Source: Bigelowiella natans CCMP2755 (Eukaryota; Protista; Cercozoa). Taken from it: a stretch of 64,000 nucleotides of DNA. Of this stretch, positions 27,063 to 38,157 are shown piece by piece (the first letter of the stretch is position 1; each line of letters begins with the position of its first letter). The notes beneath the pieces were generated by a model, which made no database searches, was not told the DNA's origin, and saw only the letters and a list, made by a program, of their open reading frames with translations. A program made the position numbers and the translations under genes. The stretch covers positions 124,001 through 188,000 of the forward strand of contig ADNK01000313.1 of assembly GCA_000320545.1 (NCBI GenBank). The letters run 5' to 3'.

Positions 27063-27926
27063 AACTAATGTTTCATACAGTAGTAGTAGAAGTAGAAGTA
27101 GTAGCAGCAGCAGCATGACTTCATACTACACTATGCGGATGATTAGTAGAAGATTGTTGATGAGTCTATCTTTGTCCGTTGTTATTACTACTTCTGCTGC
27201 TGCTGTTACTCTTGCTGCTGCTACCTCACCCTCTCTAAGGAATGGTCGTCTTTCGCGGGCTACGTCGCCAAGTATCTATGGAGGGGGGGGTTAACCCCTG
27301 GTTCACTGATTCGAGGGGCAGGACCGGTAGGAAGACGAATAGTGCGTGTGCACAACAGACACAGGTGATGATGGTGAGGATGATGATGATGACGTTGGCG
27401 ATATTATTTCTTCTTCTTTTTTTTTTTTTAATCAAAAAACAAAGCAAAACGCACACACCACAGCCATAACACATAACACAGGTTTGTAAGGCAACGAAAG
27501 ATCAAGTCTATCGGTAACATCCCCCCCCCCCCCCCCCCCCCCACTTTCACCGTCGTGCTCTTTAACAAAGAAGCGTCCAATTATCATAAAGATGCTGTTG
27601 ATGTTGGACGAGTCGATGAGAGGGCGAGAAAGCACAATCTTCATATTCTTCTCGCCCTCATCCAGGTTAGCCCTCCCCCTCCCCCCCCCCCTCTGACTTT
27701 GTGCTCCTCTCTCCGTACACCCCTTCTAGGCTTGTCTCCGGGTGAGGTTGACTTTTTCGAGGCCTACACTTATCATATCACCGCCCTTCCTGGTGGGTTG
27801 TTGCTGATGATGGGCCATGCAGTGCTCATGATGGTGTCTTCCAAGCGCATTGTATCGTTTCCTCGTGTCGTTGCTATTCTCCGCTTTCCTGCGTGTTCGT
27901 GCTACGGCTTTGCGATTATGATGATA

Positions 27927-27973
<47 letters not shown>

Positions 27974-28128
27974 GATGGTGATGATGGCGGCACACGGACA
28001 GGTGATGAGTCTCAATGAAGCCGTTGCTGTTTGCAGTAATAAGCTGCTCACAGAATCACGTGTCGTATTATGCCAACTAATTGCTTATCAATAACGAAGG
28101 TGCCTGTGTACAACACCTAAATTAATAG

Positions 28129-28171
<43 letters not shown>

Positions 28172-28688
28172 GTGTGTATATATTCATATATTAATATATT
28201 ATTAGGGAGCGCGGAGCATAGTCTAAAGCACTTGATGTCCTATGGTAGTCTCATTACTGCTAATTGATATATCAGGAATAGTAGTAGTAGTAGTAGTCGT
28301 AGTTGTTGTTGTTGTTGTTGTATCATCAAGGAGGAGGTGGTGGTGGTGGTGGTGGTGGAGCACCGTACAAGATCCTCAAAGCATTCTTTAGCATCACCAT
28401 CGTCTTCCTGATCACAACATTTGCGTCCTTCTCCTCCTCCTAATCTTCGTTCATATATTCACGTATTCGTTGTAACCGCCATACGCACACAGGCGCTGTA
28501 GCGCTCAAGCCCCTCTCAGAAAGGCTGACGGTTGGTTGCTACCCTGATTAATGATAATCGGGATGGGGGTCTGTGTGGTGGACGAGGAGAGCCGGAGGGG
28601 GGGAAGAGGGAGGAGGAGGAAGCGCTATCTCATACATGAATATATAGTTACTACAAAATAAAAGTCACGAATATATTTACGTGACACA

Positions 28689-28744
<56 letters not shown>

Positions 28745-29462
28745 AGGCGCGCTACATCACGTACTACGCAAGTATCTATAGCCGCATTTCCCTTCATCAC
28801 CTGTGGTATGTTCTTTCACAACAACAAAAACAGCATCTGGAGATACCGGTTGCGTTTATCTATGGGCGCCATGATTGGATGGACTGGAAGTGAGTTGTCA
28901 TGATCGCATATTATTCACCTCTGCGAGTCGTAGTTGCAGGCTGCTACTTCACGTTGCTGCTGCTGCTGCTGCTGCTGCTGGTGGTGGTGGTGCAAACGAT
29001 GATGATTCGCAGTGTGTAACATGCCTTCACCACATGAATATGTTTAGGTATGCACACAAGGTGTGCCGACGCCGTGGACCAAACTCCTCCACCCTCGTTA
29101 TTGTAAGTGAAATCGTGCGGAATAGCACAACTGTCAGCACCAGCAGCAGAAACGATGACAACTTCCAATCATCACCGACTCAATTCATTTGCGACGACGA
29201 CATAAAACGGAGCTGTTAGCTAGTTGTGTTGTGTTTCCCCACCTCCCTCCTCCTCCTTCTTCTTCTTCTTCTTCTTCTTCTTCTTCTTTTTCCATCATCA
29301 TCCTCCTCCTCCTCCTCCTCCTCCTCGTCGTGCTCTTCTTAGTAGTAGTGTACGTGCTGATGCCAATCGATGGTAATGATGATGATGATGATGATGAAAC
29401 AACTTTGTATGAATGTGTAGATTGAGGAAGCTGGCCACCATGCATATCTTGACCAACCTCAC

Positions 29463-29497
<35 letters not shown>

Positions 29498-30163
29498 ATA
29501 GTTAGTAGCTATAGCAGCAGCAGTAGCAGTAGCGGTAGTAGGGTACGGAGAAGTAGAAGGACGAGGGGCTGCAAACAATATACATCATCAACAACACCCA
29601 CCACAAAACCCCCAGTTAGTCCGTCGCTCTGTGGATATCGCTCGCTGTGGTTGCTGTTTCATCGATTTGACCAGTCATCATAGTTACAGTACGAACGATA
29701 GATGCCTGCATCCACTGCTCGTGGACAACGAAGATGATCAAAATAGAGTATGTGTGTTTCACCGCTAGGTTCAATCACGTGGTGTCTCTTCTGGTCGATG
29801 CGGGAGAGAAACCGCTCAAAAATGTTTCGCATCATTATAACCAGCAGCAGCACCTATTGCCATTGCATAATCCACCCAGGCATCATCGAGAGGAAATTGC
29901 TCATCTTCCTCATCATCACCACCGTCATCATCGTCCTCGGGGGGCCAACAGTACCACTGCCGCCATCCCCTCCCCCCCGCGCAATTTCACCTCTTCGAGA
30001 GAGGAGACGAAGATAATGCAGACGACCGCTACATATCTGAGCATAAACTCTACTTCTGGGATGACAACTTCCACTTACACTGCCTCTGCAGCAAAGCACG
30101 CCACCGCCACCTTTGGATGCACACAGCATCCATCTTCCATGGCATCGAACACGTCATCACCGT

Positions 30164-30197
<34 letters not shown>

Positions 30198-30385
30198 GAC
30201 TACTGCTGCTGCTGCTACGTCACAAGTTCTATCATCGGCATTGGCAGCAGAACGAGAAGCATTGGGGACCAGATCTTTCAACACCGGCGTCCTCTTCTCC
30301 CCACGTCGTCCTTCGCAGCTTCGACACACACTCCGACAACAAGTTTACTCGCAGCAAAGGTAGTACTAGCAGCAGCAGCAGCTGC

Positions 30386-30419
<34 letters not shown>

Positions 30420-30823
30420 ACAATGGCTAGCAAAAAATGGGAGGTGCTCGCCTTCTCTTGCACTACAATTGATGATGGTGATGATTATGATAATGATGAT
30501 GATGGTGCGTTGTAGTCAGATGCTCTGTGTGTTCGTTCGGTCGTGCAGCTGCTTCCGCACATAGCAACTTTGATTACTACCCGCCAGTCGCTCGAGAAAC
30601 AAAGTTTTGCGTGTATTATTGGCATTTATTCGATGATGTCATCGTTTTCCATGGTGATCAATCACCATGCCCTCATCGTCCCATTATCCTGCACGTATCG
30701 GACGCTGCTGATAATACACCCTTTCACCGCTACAGGAGGGAACGCTATGCCTACGCCACCTTCAATCTCACGATGCTCTCGAAGCTTGTGGATCCCGAGT
30801 GGGGGGTTGCAATAATAAGAACG

Positions 30824-30859
<36 letters not shown>

Positions 30860-31783
30860 TGCCAACCAACTGTCCGCTCACGTTTATATATAAGATCACA
30901 TTCAAATAGCACTGCCTCAAACTCACCAGCATGTAGGGCACGTTTGCTGCTTGATCTTCTTCTGCCGTTCTGCTGCAGCTTCTAATTCCTCTCTTATTTG
31001 CGCAACCAGGAAGAAGAAGAGAGCAGTGAAACGTCGTCGTCTTTGTCCATGCTGGAGTTGGAAGGACCAACAGCATCGAAGGGATCATCCGCATCATCAG
31101 CCGCGGGAGGGGCAGCAGTATCGACGCAGCCAGGAAATAAGCACATTCTTCATACAGATTCCGGCAGTACCAGTAGTAGCTGTAGCTGGGCTCGGAGGAG
31201 GAGGAGGAGGCGAGGGGGGAGGGGGAGGGGGAGGGATGGTAGCAATGTGACTTCGCTAGTAGAACCCTATGCAGAGATCAGGGGCAACATGTCGTCAATA
31301 GAAGAGGCCTCTTCAGAGGCGAGAGAACACGGCGGCAGCAGCAGTGGCGTTGGCGTGAGAGAAGAAGACGTAACGATGGAGGACGTTGCAGTCTACGGAA
31401 GAGCAAGACGAAAGGAAGGAACCCGATCACGCTCCAACGATGAAATGATGATGAAAATGATGATGATGATGATGATGAAAAAGAACACAACTGCAGTTGA
31501 AAATACTGCCCCCCCCGCTGCGGCATCGACGGCTACTTGGAAGAAGTTCCAAATTTTCACAAAATTAAACCTGAACAGGCTCAGCAAGCAGCAGCAACAG
31601 CAGCAACCACCTGGACTTCAGCAATCTTCTTTCTCAGAGATGCGAACTATGAGGCGAAATCAACATCATGACAGGCAACAGAGGCTGTATAGACGCTTCC
31701 TGAACTATTTCTACTTCAAACTTGCCCCCCCTGTGAAGGAGAAGGCCATCCCCAACCCAGCTAGAATGGGAGAGAGTACGTAG
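23713..31783 (+). CDS. ABHD4/ABHD5 (CGI-58/Cld1/Ict1)-like alpha/beta hydrolase split into many micro-exons, with a putative long C-terminal extension
   Basis: Exons read WNPASREDAERAE..LL, VCTAG|YGAGLGFFFRNY, VYAVDLLGWGLSSRP, AERFFTESLEKWR, FVLMGHSFGG|YLCSAYALRF, PVAFIYGRHDWMD, EAGHHAYLDQPHE|FN. The core 24706-29830 is secure; the 5' exons and the extension to 31783 are tentative. Confidence 0.85.
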
Positions 31784-32824
31784 CATAGGACGGAATGAAT
31801 ACGAAATGTTGGCGGTTCAGAGTGCATTAACTCTATGCTTACCAGAAACGTGTGGCAACAGCTTAGTGGAGTTTGGTAGCACAGATGAAGACGGCAGCGA
31901 TGGTCGGAACGAATGGTGTCGATGGACGCATTATACATCCAACGATGCGCAAGAAATGGATGATCTCGCAGTGTCAGGCATCTGGCCTTTCTCTAGGACC
32001 ATGTCTGATAGATTTTTGGGATGCTCTTTTGGAATATTAGTATCTACCCCCTCTTGTTTGAGCCCGATGAAGCAAGTTTTGGAAAATGAATATTTAATAT
32101 TGTATCATAATATAGGAACACGAAATTTTACATCGTAACGGCGTGCACTTGTCTATATAAAAATGTTTATATTACGTTGCATGAGAACGATGCTATGTAA
32201 AGACAACGTACGTAGGTAGGCTACATATATGTATGTTTGCATGTATAGGTATTATTATCAAAATACATCGTCAGAGATCTACGTAATGATAACTCCGTTA
32301 TTGACTTGCTGGACAGTGCATCTCTCTTACGCCAAGCGTTGCTGAGGCATTCAAGCTCGTCCAAGATCGAATCATAAGTAATTCAACTGCCGTGACGCGC
32401 AGCAGCGCAAGCTCATTGTATAGGAATCGTTTTTGGTGCATTTCATTGCTGCATTCGATTCATCATGCAAATATTTGCTGGATCAGTTCACAAAGCAGTC
32501 TCGGGTGAGCTGCTCGCCCAGCTGTTGCTGGTGCTGCAGCGTGCTGAAGGTGGTGATATGCATGTGCTTACTATTCTAGTACATTACGCGGCGAGCTAGC
32601 AGCTGACTAGCAGGTACAAAGATATGTACATCATGATAACAGGCAGGACCACATATCCACCTTGACCATTGATCGAATGCTAAATAGTTATGATATGCTG
32701 CACATAACATGTAATGTGTGTAAAATAAGTTGCTTTACTGCTGTACGTTGCATCTCTAGATCTGCCGCGTGTGTTGTTGGGCTTTCCACAGAAAGATGTA
32801 TGACACTTATACACACGCTCATAC

Positions 32825-32869
<45 letters not shown>

Positions 32870-32961
32870 CATTATTTCCAATAAGATGGACAGCCATCGA
32901 CAAATTCCCATAGATGCATTAGACCCAGCTGATTATGGTTTTGCTGTATCAGCTTACTGAT

Positions 32962-34887
32962 CTAGAACCTTCTTTGGCTCCGAGAAGGCTTCCAGTTAAG
33001 TGGGTGGGTTTCTGGCGTAGCCTTTTCGTCTTCTTTCCACACCTAATGTTGGTAAATCAGATTTACGATCTTTCGAGGAATCGGTGAATTACTAACAGTA
33101 TAGTTGAAAACAAGCATATCCCCCCCCCGTCCCCCCGATACTAGAGCGAAATATATGTGTAGCGGAAGGCACCTTGATTGACTTGTCCGCTTCGCAGGTG
33201 AATAGTCGAGAGCCGGTCATGTCGAAAGCCATTGCGTAAACGCCATTTTCACTATCTAGGGACCCAGGCTGTGGGGTTATCTTGGTATCTTGGAAACACC
33301 ACCCCGACTTCCAATCCCAAAACTTGAGAGTGCCGTTATCAGCGCCTGATACCAGCACGTTATCCTTATTGATTGCGATGGAATTAACTATCGCGTCGTG
33401 GCCGGATATGTTCCTCATGAACACCCCATCTGGGCACTTCCAGACTTTGAGGTTGTCCGCCGCCCCGGTGCAGAACGTGTACTCCTTCGGGTGGATGAGA
33501 AGGCCTCGGACCGACTTCTTGTGGTTCGTTAGAGTTGCGTGCGTTGCCCCCTTGGTCAGATCCCACAAGCGGACCGTGTTGTCGTGGCTTCCTGTTATTA
33601 CCTGCGGCTTTGCCCCTTGTACCCCCAAGGAGCTCACGCAATGCGTGTGCCCGCCGAGGACCATGGCTTCCGCTTTTGTGCGGATGTCCCAAACTCGGGC
33701 AACACTATCACGACCCCCGGTGATAAGTAGATCCTGTGTCGGATGGACAGCACAGCAGAACACTCCCGAGAGGTGCCCGTGATAATTTCGGACGACCTTG
33801 TTCTGTTCCAAGTCCCAACCTGATAGCGGACAAATTTTGACAAAAGTTGTGTGTCATTCATTAATGGATTTAGTAGAAGTCGGCCTTATTATTTTTTTTA
33901 AAGAACAATTCTAGTTATTACATTTTACAAGCTTGTCGTTTCCCACAGAGAAAAGGTAGGGATACTTGTGGCTTACTGCCAGGCCCATTACGGTGTTGAT
34001 GTGGCCTGTGAGGGTGAGCTTCAGCGTTCCTGATGCCACGTCCCATATCTTTTTGAAATAACATAGAAGGGGGAAAATATAACTTAGTTGTTGACCCTGA
34101 TTTTGTGATGGAACAGCTGTTATTGCTATTTCTACCAATACCTTAATGGTACGATCTGCAGATCCTGTGGCAAACCATTCGTTTGTCGGGTCAACGGCTA
34201 TGGAGCGAACCCATCCCAAGTGCCCAGAAATCACACGCATCAATTTCCAGGGTGCGTGCCATTCGGGCTTCTTCATCCTCTTAGATCTAGCTTTGAGAAT
34301 AAGTTGCTGATGAGCTGTGTATTTCTTAATCATTCCGCCACCGACAGCCCCTGCTTTGTGGGCAGGAGGTCCCTTATATTCAACCAGCGCTCCTGCAGAT
34401 CTTTTCGACCTACCCGCAACATTCAAAATTAGATAAATTTGAAGATTGTGTGTGCAAATATTTATCACCCCGGGCGACTGGCTGCGCTCTCGATCATCTT
34501 ATCCATCTCCACATCATCCGCATCTTCCACTTTAACTTCTGTCTTCTCGGTGTCCTCCGCTCCTGCACTATTGGCTACCTTCGCCTTCTTTCGGGGAGGC
34601 TGTCGCTTGGGTGGAGGCATCATTTTCACATGTGCATATTCATCTCCTATCTTGATCGCGAGTCGTGCCTGTCGACTAACAAAACAAATATGTGGTTAAT
34701 TTTGCATCACCATGATGAAATGCAAGCAGCAGTGCCGACTATCTTAGTCCGCAACTTTCTCCCTGAAACATTACCTTTCGGAGTGTGAAAGATCGCGAAG
34801 CGGATAGTTAGCAAGGAACATCTTTTTTGTGTTGAGAATGCTATCATATATGCGCTTCTCCAGGTCGATCCTGTCCAGGTCCGCCAT
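32962..34887 (-). CDS. PLRG1: Pleiotropic regulator 1 / Prp46, WD40 spliceosomal NTC subunit
   Basis: [74 protein letters not shown]|[14 protein letters not shown] match PLRG1/PRL1. Confidence 0.97.
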
Positions 34888-35362
34888 TTTTCGATAAGTC
34901 CGCAATGTGAATGTCCCTTCTCACTTTCCAAGACTTTCTCCGTTTTTTTCATGACGCAGACATCATACGCTTTACGTTCACTGATATTTAGGGAAAAGCG
35001 CAGTCGGCGTGCTTTTTAACATGGCAAAGAGTATCTACGACAATCAATGTTTCCGCCCTGGATTCTACTGGGATATTATACCTCATATTTCGAAATTTTC
35101 TTGACCAGATCGCACATTACAGGGCAACAAAGCCAACATACCCGTAATTAAGACTCGCAGGTGCGTGTCTACCCCCTCCTGGGTTATTTGGATTTCACAG
35201 CTGCTGTTGGCTGCTGCTGGAATATTCATCCGCTTCCCGGGATTTAGTAGGCTTCGAACGCCTTATTTTCAGTTCTTCCTATCCTGCGTAAGGGCGAAAA
35301 AGCTATATAAGAGGGAACCAAATTAGGAGGAAAAGTATGGACCGAACTCAAGAAAGAGTCGA

Positions 35363-36709
35363 ATGAATCCTAGTACTGGTGCGACTAGGAAACAAGAGTC
35401 TGCTCCTCAGCCATCAAAAAAGCGAAAAGTTGAAACGAGGAAGATAGTGCTGAATCCCCCTCCCCGGTTTCAGCCCGATGGCATCTTGACTGTTCAGACA
35501 AGACAAAAGCAGCGAATAGAATGTTTCCTGAAGGAACACGAAGACTTCAAAAGGCTGAAGGTACATGTTATCCCTACTCCAAAGGAACCGCATCTTATCT
35601 TCTTCCAAACTGGAGGAGATGTCTTAGACGTTCTGAAAACGCTTAAGAGTCACTATTACGCAGCACGCCATGTTCACGGTGTCCACGTTGTACAGGGATC
35701 TCATACAGAATTGTCGGAAGCGGTCAAGAAACTCATGGGGATCTCACTAGAGAGCAAAGACAAAGCAAAGAAGCAAAAACGACAGTTTAGGATATTTTCC
35801 TTTCCAAAAAAACTCTCGGGGGAAGTTGTCAAGCTGGTTGACGAAGAGAATCTCGACCTTAAAGATAACACACACAACGCTTACATTGTTTATGCATATT
35901 GGAGATATCACTATGGGTTAGTAGAAAGAAATGAGGTATTATTAAATTGGCACGGAGAGACGAGTGCAAAACTTCTCCCTGCAACAATCACGATATCTAG
36001 AGCATATCATAAAATCGCCGAAGTCATGAGCGACCCGAAAAACGGCCCATTCTATCTCCCTGCCCTTGAAGCTCATCCATCATCATCATTATCACCACCA
36101 TCTTTATGTGATTCTAGTGTAAGCTGCTCTGGATACTTAGAATCACATGGAACCGCAAAATCTTCGGCCGATAGTGAAATAAAGTCATGCTCAGAAGCGA
36201 ACGATGTGGGGGAGGTGGTGAAGATAATAAGATTCCGGGCACTCGATATTGGCGCCTCTCCAGGAGGATGGTCATCGTTTCTTGCTTCAAGAGGCGGTAG
36301 GGTATTGGCATTAGATCCTGGAAATCTTCAGCTTTCCCCAGAGCTGCATCAGTGCCACAAATTGATCACGCATGTGCCAAAGCTTTCCTTGAACGCGGAC
36401 GCGGAAATGAAAGAGCATGGTCCATTTGATTTGATTGTGTGCGATGCGAATATTCCTCCAATTGATTGTTGCGAAATGATCATGAATGTGTCAAAACTGC
36501 AAGGAGTCATGAAGGAAAAATCTAGAATAATGATTACCTTCAAGATGCACAAAAAGAAGAAAACCGACAAGGGAATTCGACAGAAAGCTATTCGAATTCT
36601 GCAACAAGGCTTTCATATCCATCGCTCCTATCATCTTTTCAGCAATAGTCACCGTGAGTGGACCGTTTTGGCCATCAAAAACTGCCTCAAAGAAAACATT
36701 GACACGTAA
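35363..36709 (+). CDS. RlmM-like (FtsJ/RrmJ superfamily) 2'-O-ribose RNA methyltransferase, single exon, 448 aa
   Basis: ISRAYHKIAE, ALDIGASPGGWS (SAM binding), VLALDPG, DLIVCDAN, ITFKM and a downstream E give the K-D-K-E tetrad layout of this superfamily. Confidence 0.85.
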   Translation: MNPSTGATRKQESAPQPSKKRKVETRKIVLNPPPRFQPDGILTVQTRQKQRIECFLKEHEDFKRLKVHVIPTPKEPHLIFFQTGGDVLDVLKTLKSHYYAARHVHGVHVVQGSHTELSEAVKKLMGISLESKDKAKKQKRQFRIFSFPKKLSGEVVKLVDEENLDLKDNTHNAYIVYAYWRYHYGLVERNEVLLNWHGETSAKLLPATITISRAYHKIAEVMSDPKNGPFYLPALEAHPSSSLSPPSLCDSSVSCSGYLESHGTAKSSADSEIKSCSEANDVGEVVKIIRFRALDIGASPGGWSSFLASRGGRVLALDPGNLQLSPELHQCHKLITHVPKLSLNADAEMKEHGPFDLIVCDANIPPIDCCEMIMNVSKLQGVMKEKSRIMITFKMHKKKKTDKGIRQKAIRILQQGFHIHRSYHLFSNSHREWTVLAIKNCLKENIDT

Positions 36710-36711
36710 TA

Positions 36712-38157
36712 GACGAAGGATTGCATCCTCTCACAGCGAAGCACAGACGCACAGACTTTGGATCGACACGCAAACAGCGAAGCGACGATGCCCGCGCTCG
36801 TGCCTGCATCGCATGCCAGTAGCTAGCACGTGCAGCTGTGTGGACATTGCACTTGCACTCGCATCTGGTTGCTGCTGTCGTGTCGGAGTGCAGGTCTGGA
36901 GACGTAGTCTAGCGGTGTCCATGTGCAAAGTCGCTGTCGCACACACCAGTGTGAGGGGGGCGTGCGCAGCGTGCACGCACGTGCAGTGCAGTGACACGAT
37001 GGGTTTGCGCAGCTCAATGACCAGCTGTCTTAGCTGCTAGCTAGCTCACAACTTGATGAAACCCCGCACATGACAGGTTGCGTGGGTTTGCAATGGAATT
37101 TTGCACAATCCTTTTTCCTGCATTCTGGTTGCCGAGAAAACTCACTTTTTGTGAGCAGAACGTGCGCGTTTCATCAAGTTGTGCTGGTGTGCTGCCAATG
37201 CGATGCACAAAATGATGTCTAGGTGTGTCACATGGCAGCGCAATGAAAGCACCTTGCACCTGACACCACAATGCCAAAGTGTGCTGCCACTCTTGGCTTG
37301 CGGCTTTCTGCCAGGCTAGCAGGGCTGCCAATGCTGCGCTGGTCGCTCGTTCGCCTCGCAAGAACAAAACGATGCAATGTGCGCACGTGTGTGGCATCGC
37401 ACTGCTAGATTGTGCCATTCCGTGCACTGCACAACAATGACACTGCGTCTGAGAGTCAATTCCTGCTGCGCGTGTTGGGCGGAATTGTTCTCCAAGTCAC
37501 AACGACAAGTCGTGGGGGCGGGAGGGGGCTTCCACATGCAAGGCGTCCTTGCCAATTTCAACAAGGCAAAGTTGCAATCCCCGTCGCTTGGTGGTGCGAA
37601 GGGGAAGGCTGCATCACGTTGTTGCAGCAAAACGAAGCTCAGGTAGTCGGCACGGTGCACAGGGACTTTGACTTGTCAACTGAGCACGTTCAAATGGTTC
37701 ATGAGGCCGTGCGCGGTTGGAAGGGGGCTGGGGGGGGGCGGACCAGTGTGCCTTCTGTGATTTCTTTTCCAGGGTCTCAGAAAGGAAGAAAGAAAGAAAC
37801 GTGATGATCGACCACATTTCCAAAGTGTTGCATGACACTTGCAAAGCACGAAACGCGTGCCTCGAGCTGAAATTTCAACGTGGAGCACGCTGTTTGTGAG
37901 TGATGGAAAATTGGGATGAATCTTTTTTTTTTTGAAAACTTTTTGTCAGTCACCAGTTGTCCATGAACAGTGACTTCGGCAATGATGATGATGATTTTCT
38001 TAGGTAGTTTCATGTTGTTAATTGGTTCGGCTCTGGATGTTTGTGGTGGAACGAACACCTTGCTGAAATTCCCCCTGGCCGGAGAGACCATGAGTGTCCT
38101 TCAGTGTCTGAGTGTGTCCGAAGGCCATTTGTCTCTTAGAATTCCGAAGGTGTCCGA
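36712..38157. other. TA-depleted, TG/CA/CG-rich tract (putative A-to-G hypermutated DNA)
   Basis: Hand count: 15 TA in 1446 bp (7 CTAG, 4 GTAG, 3 TTAG, 1 TTAA); no TAT, TAC or ATA on the + strand. ORF-track translations inside it are nearly Tyr-free and Cys/His-rich. Confidence 0.85.
37047..37183. mobile_element. 137-bp MITE-like element with perfect 16-bp terminal inverted repeats
   Basis: CACAACTTGATGAAAC at 37047-37062 and its reverse complement GTTTCATCAAGTTGTG at 37168-37183, with CT on both flanks. Single copy in this window. Confidence 0.7.

Noticed and set aside
25759-30515. Numerous poly-H/Y/L/M/A ORFs in the track
   Set aside because: Mostly translations of intronic trinucleotide microsatellites; only short GT-AG-bounded pieces and the 29770-30359 exon fit the ABHD gene.
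36654-38091. Cluster of overlapping Cys/His-rich ORFs as real metal-binding proteins
   Set aside because: Loss of TA removes TAA stops and Tyr codons in all frames, inflating ORF length and C/H content.
36712-38157. 5mC deamination or RIP as the cause of TG/CA excess
   Set aside because: CpG remains plentiful and TA is lost, whereas those processes deplete CpG or create TA.
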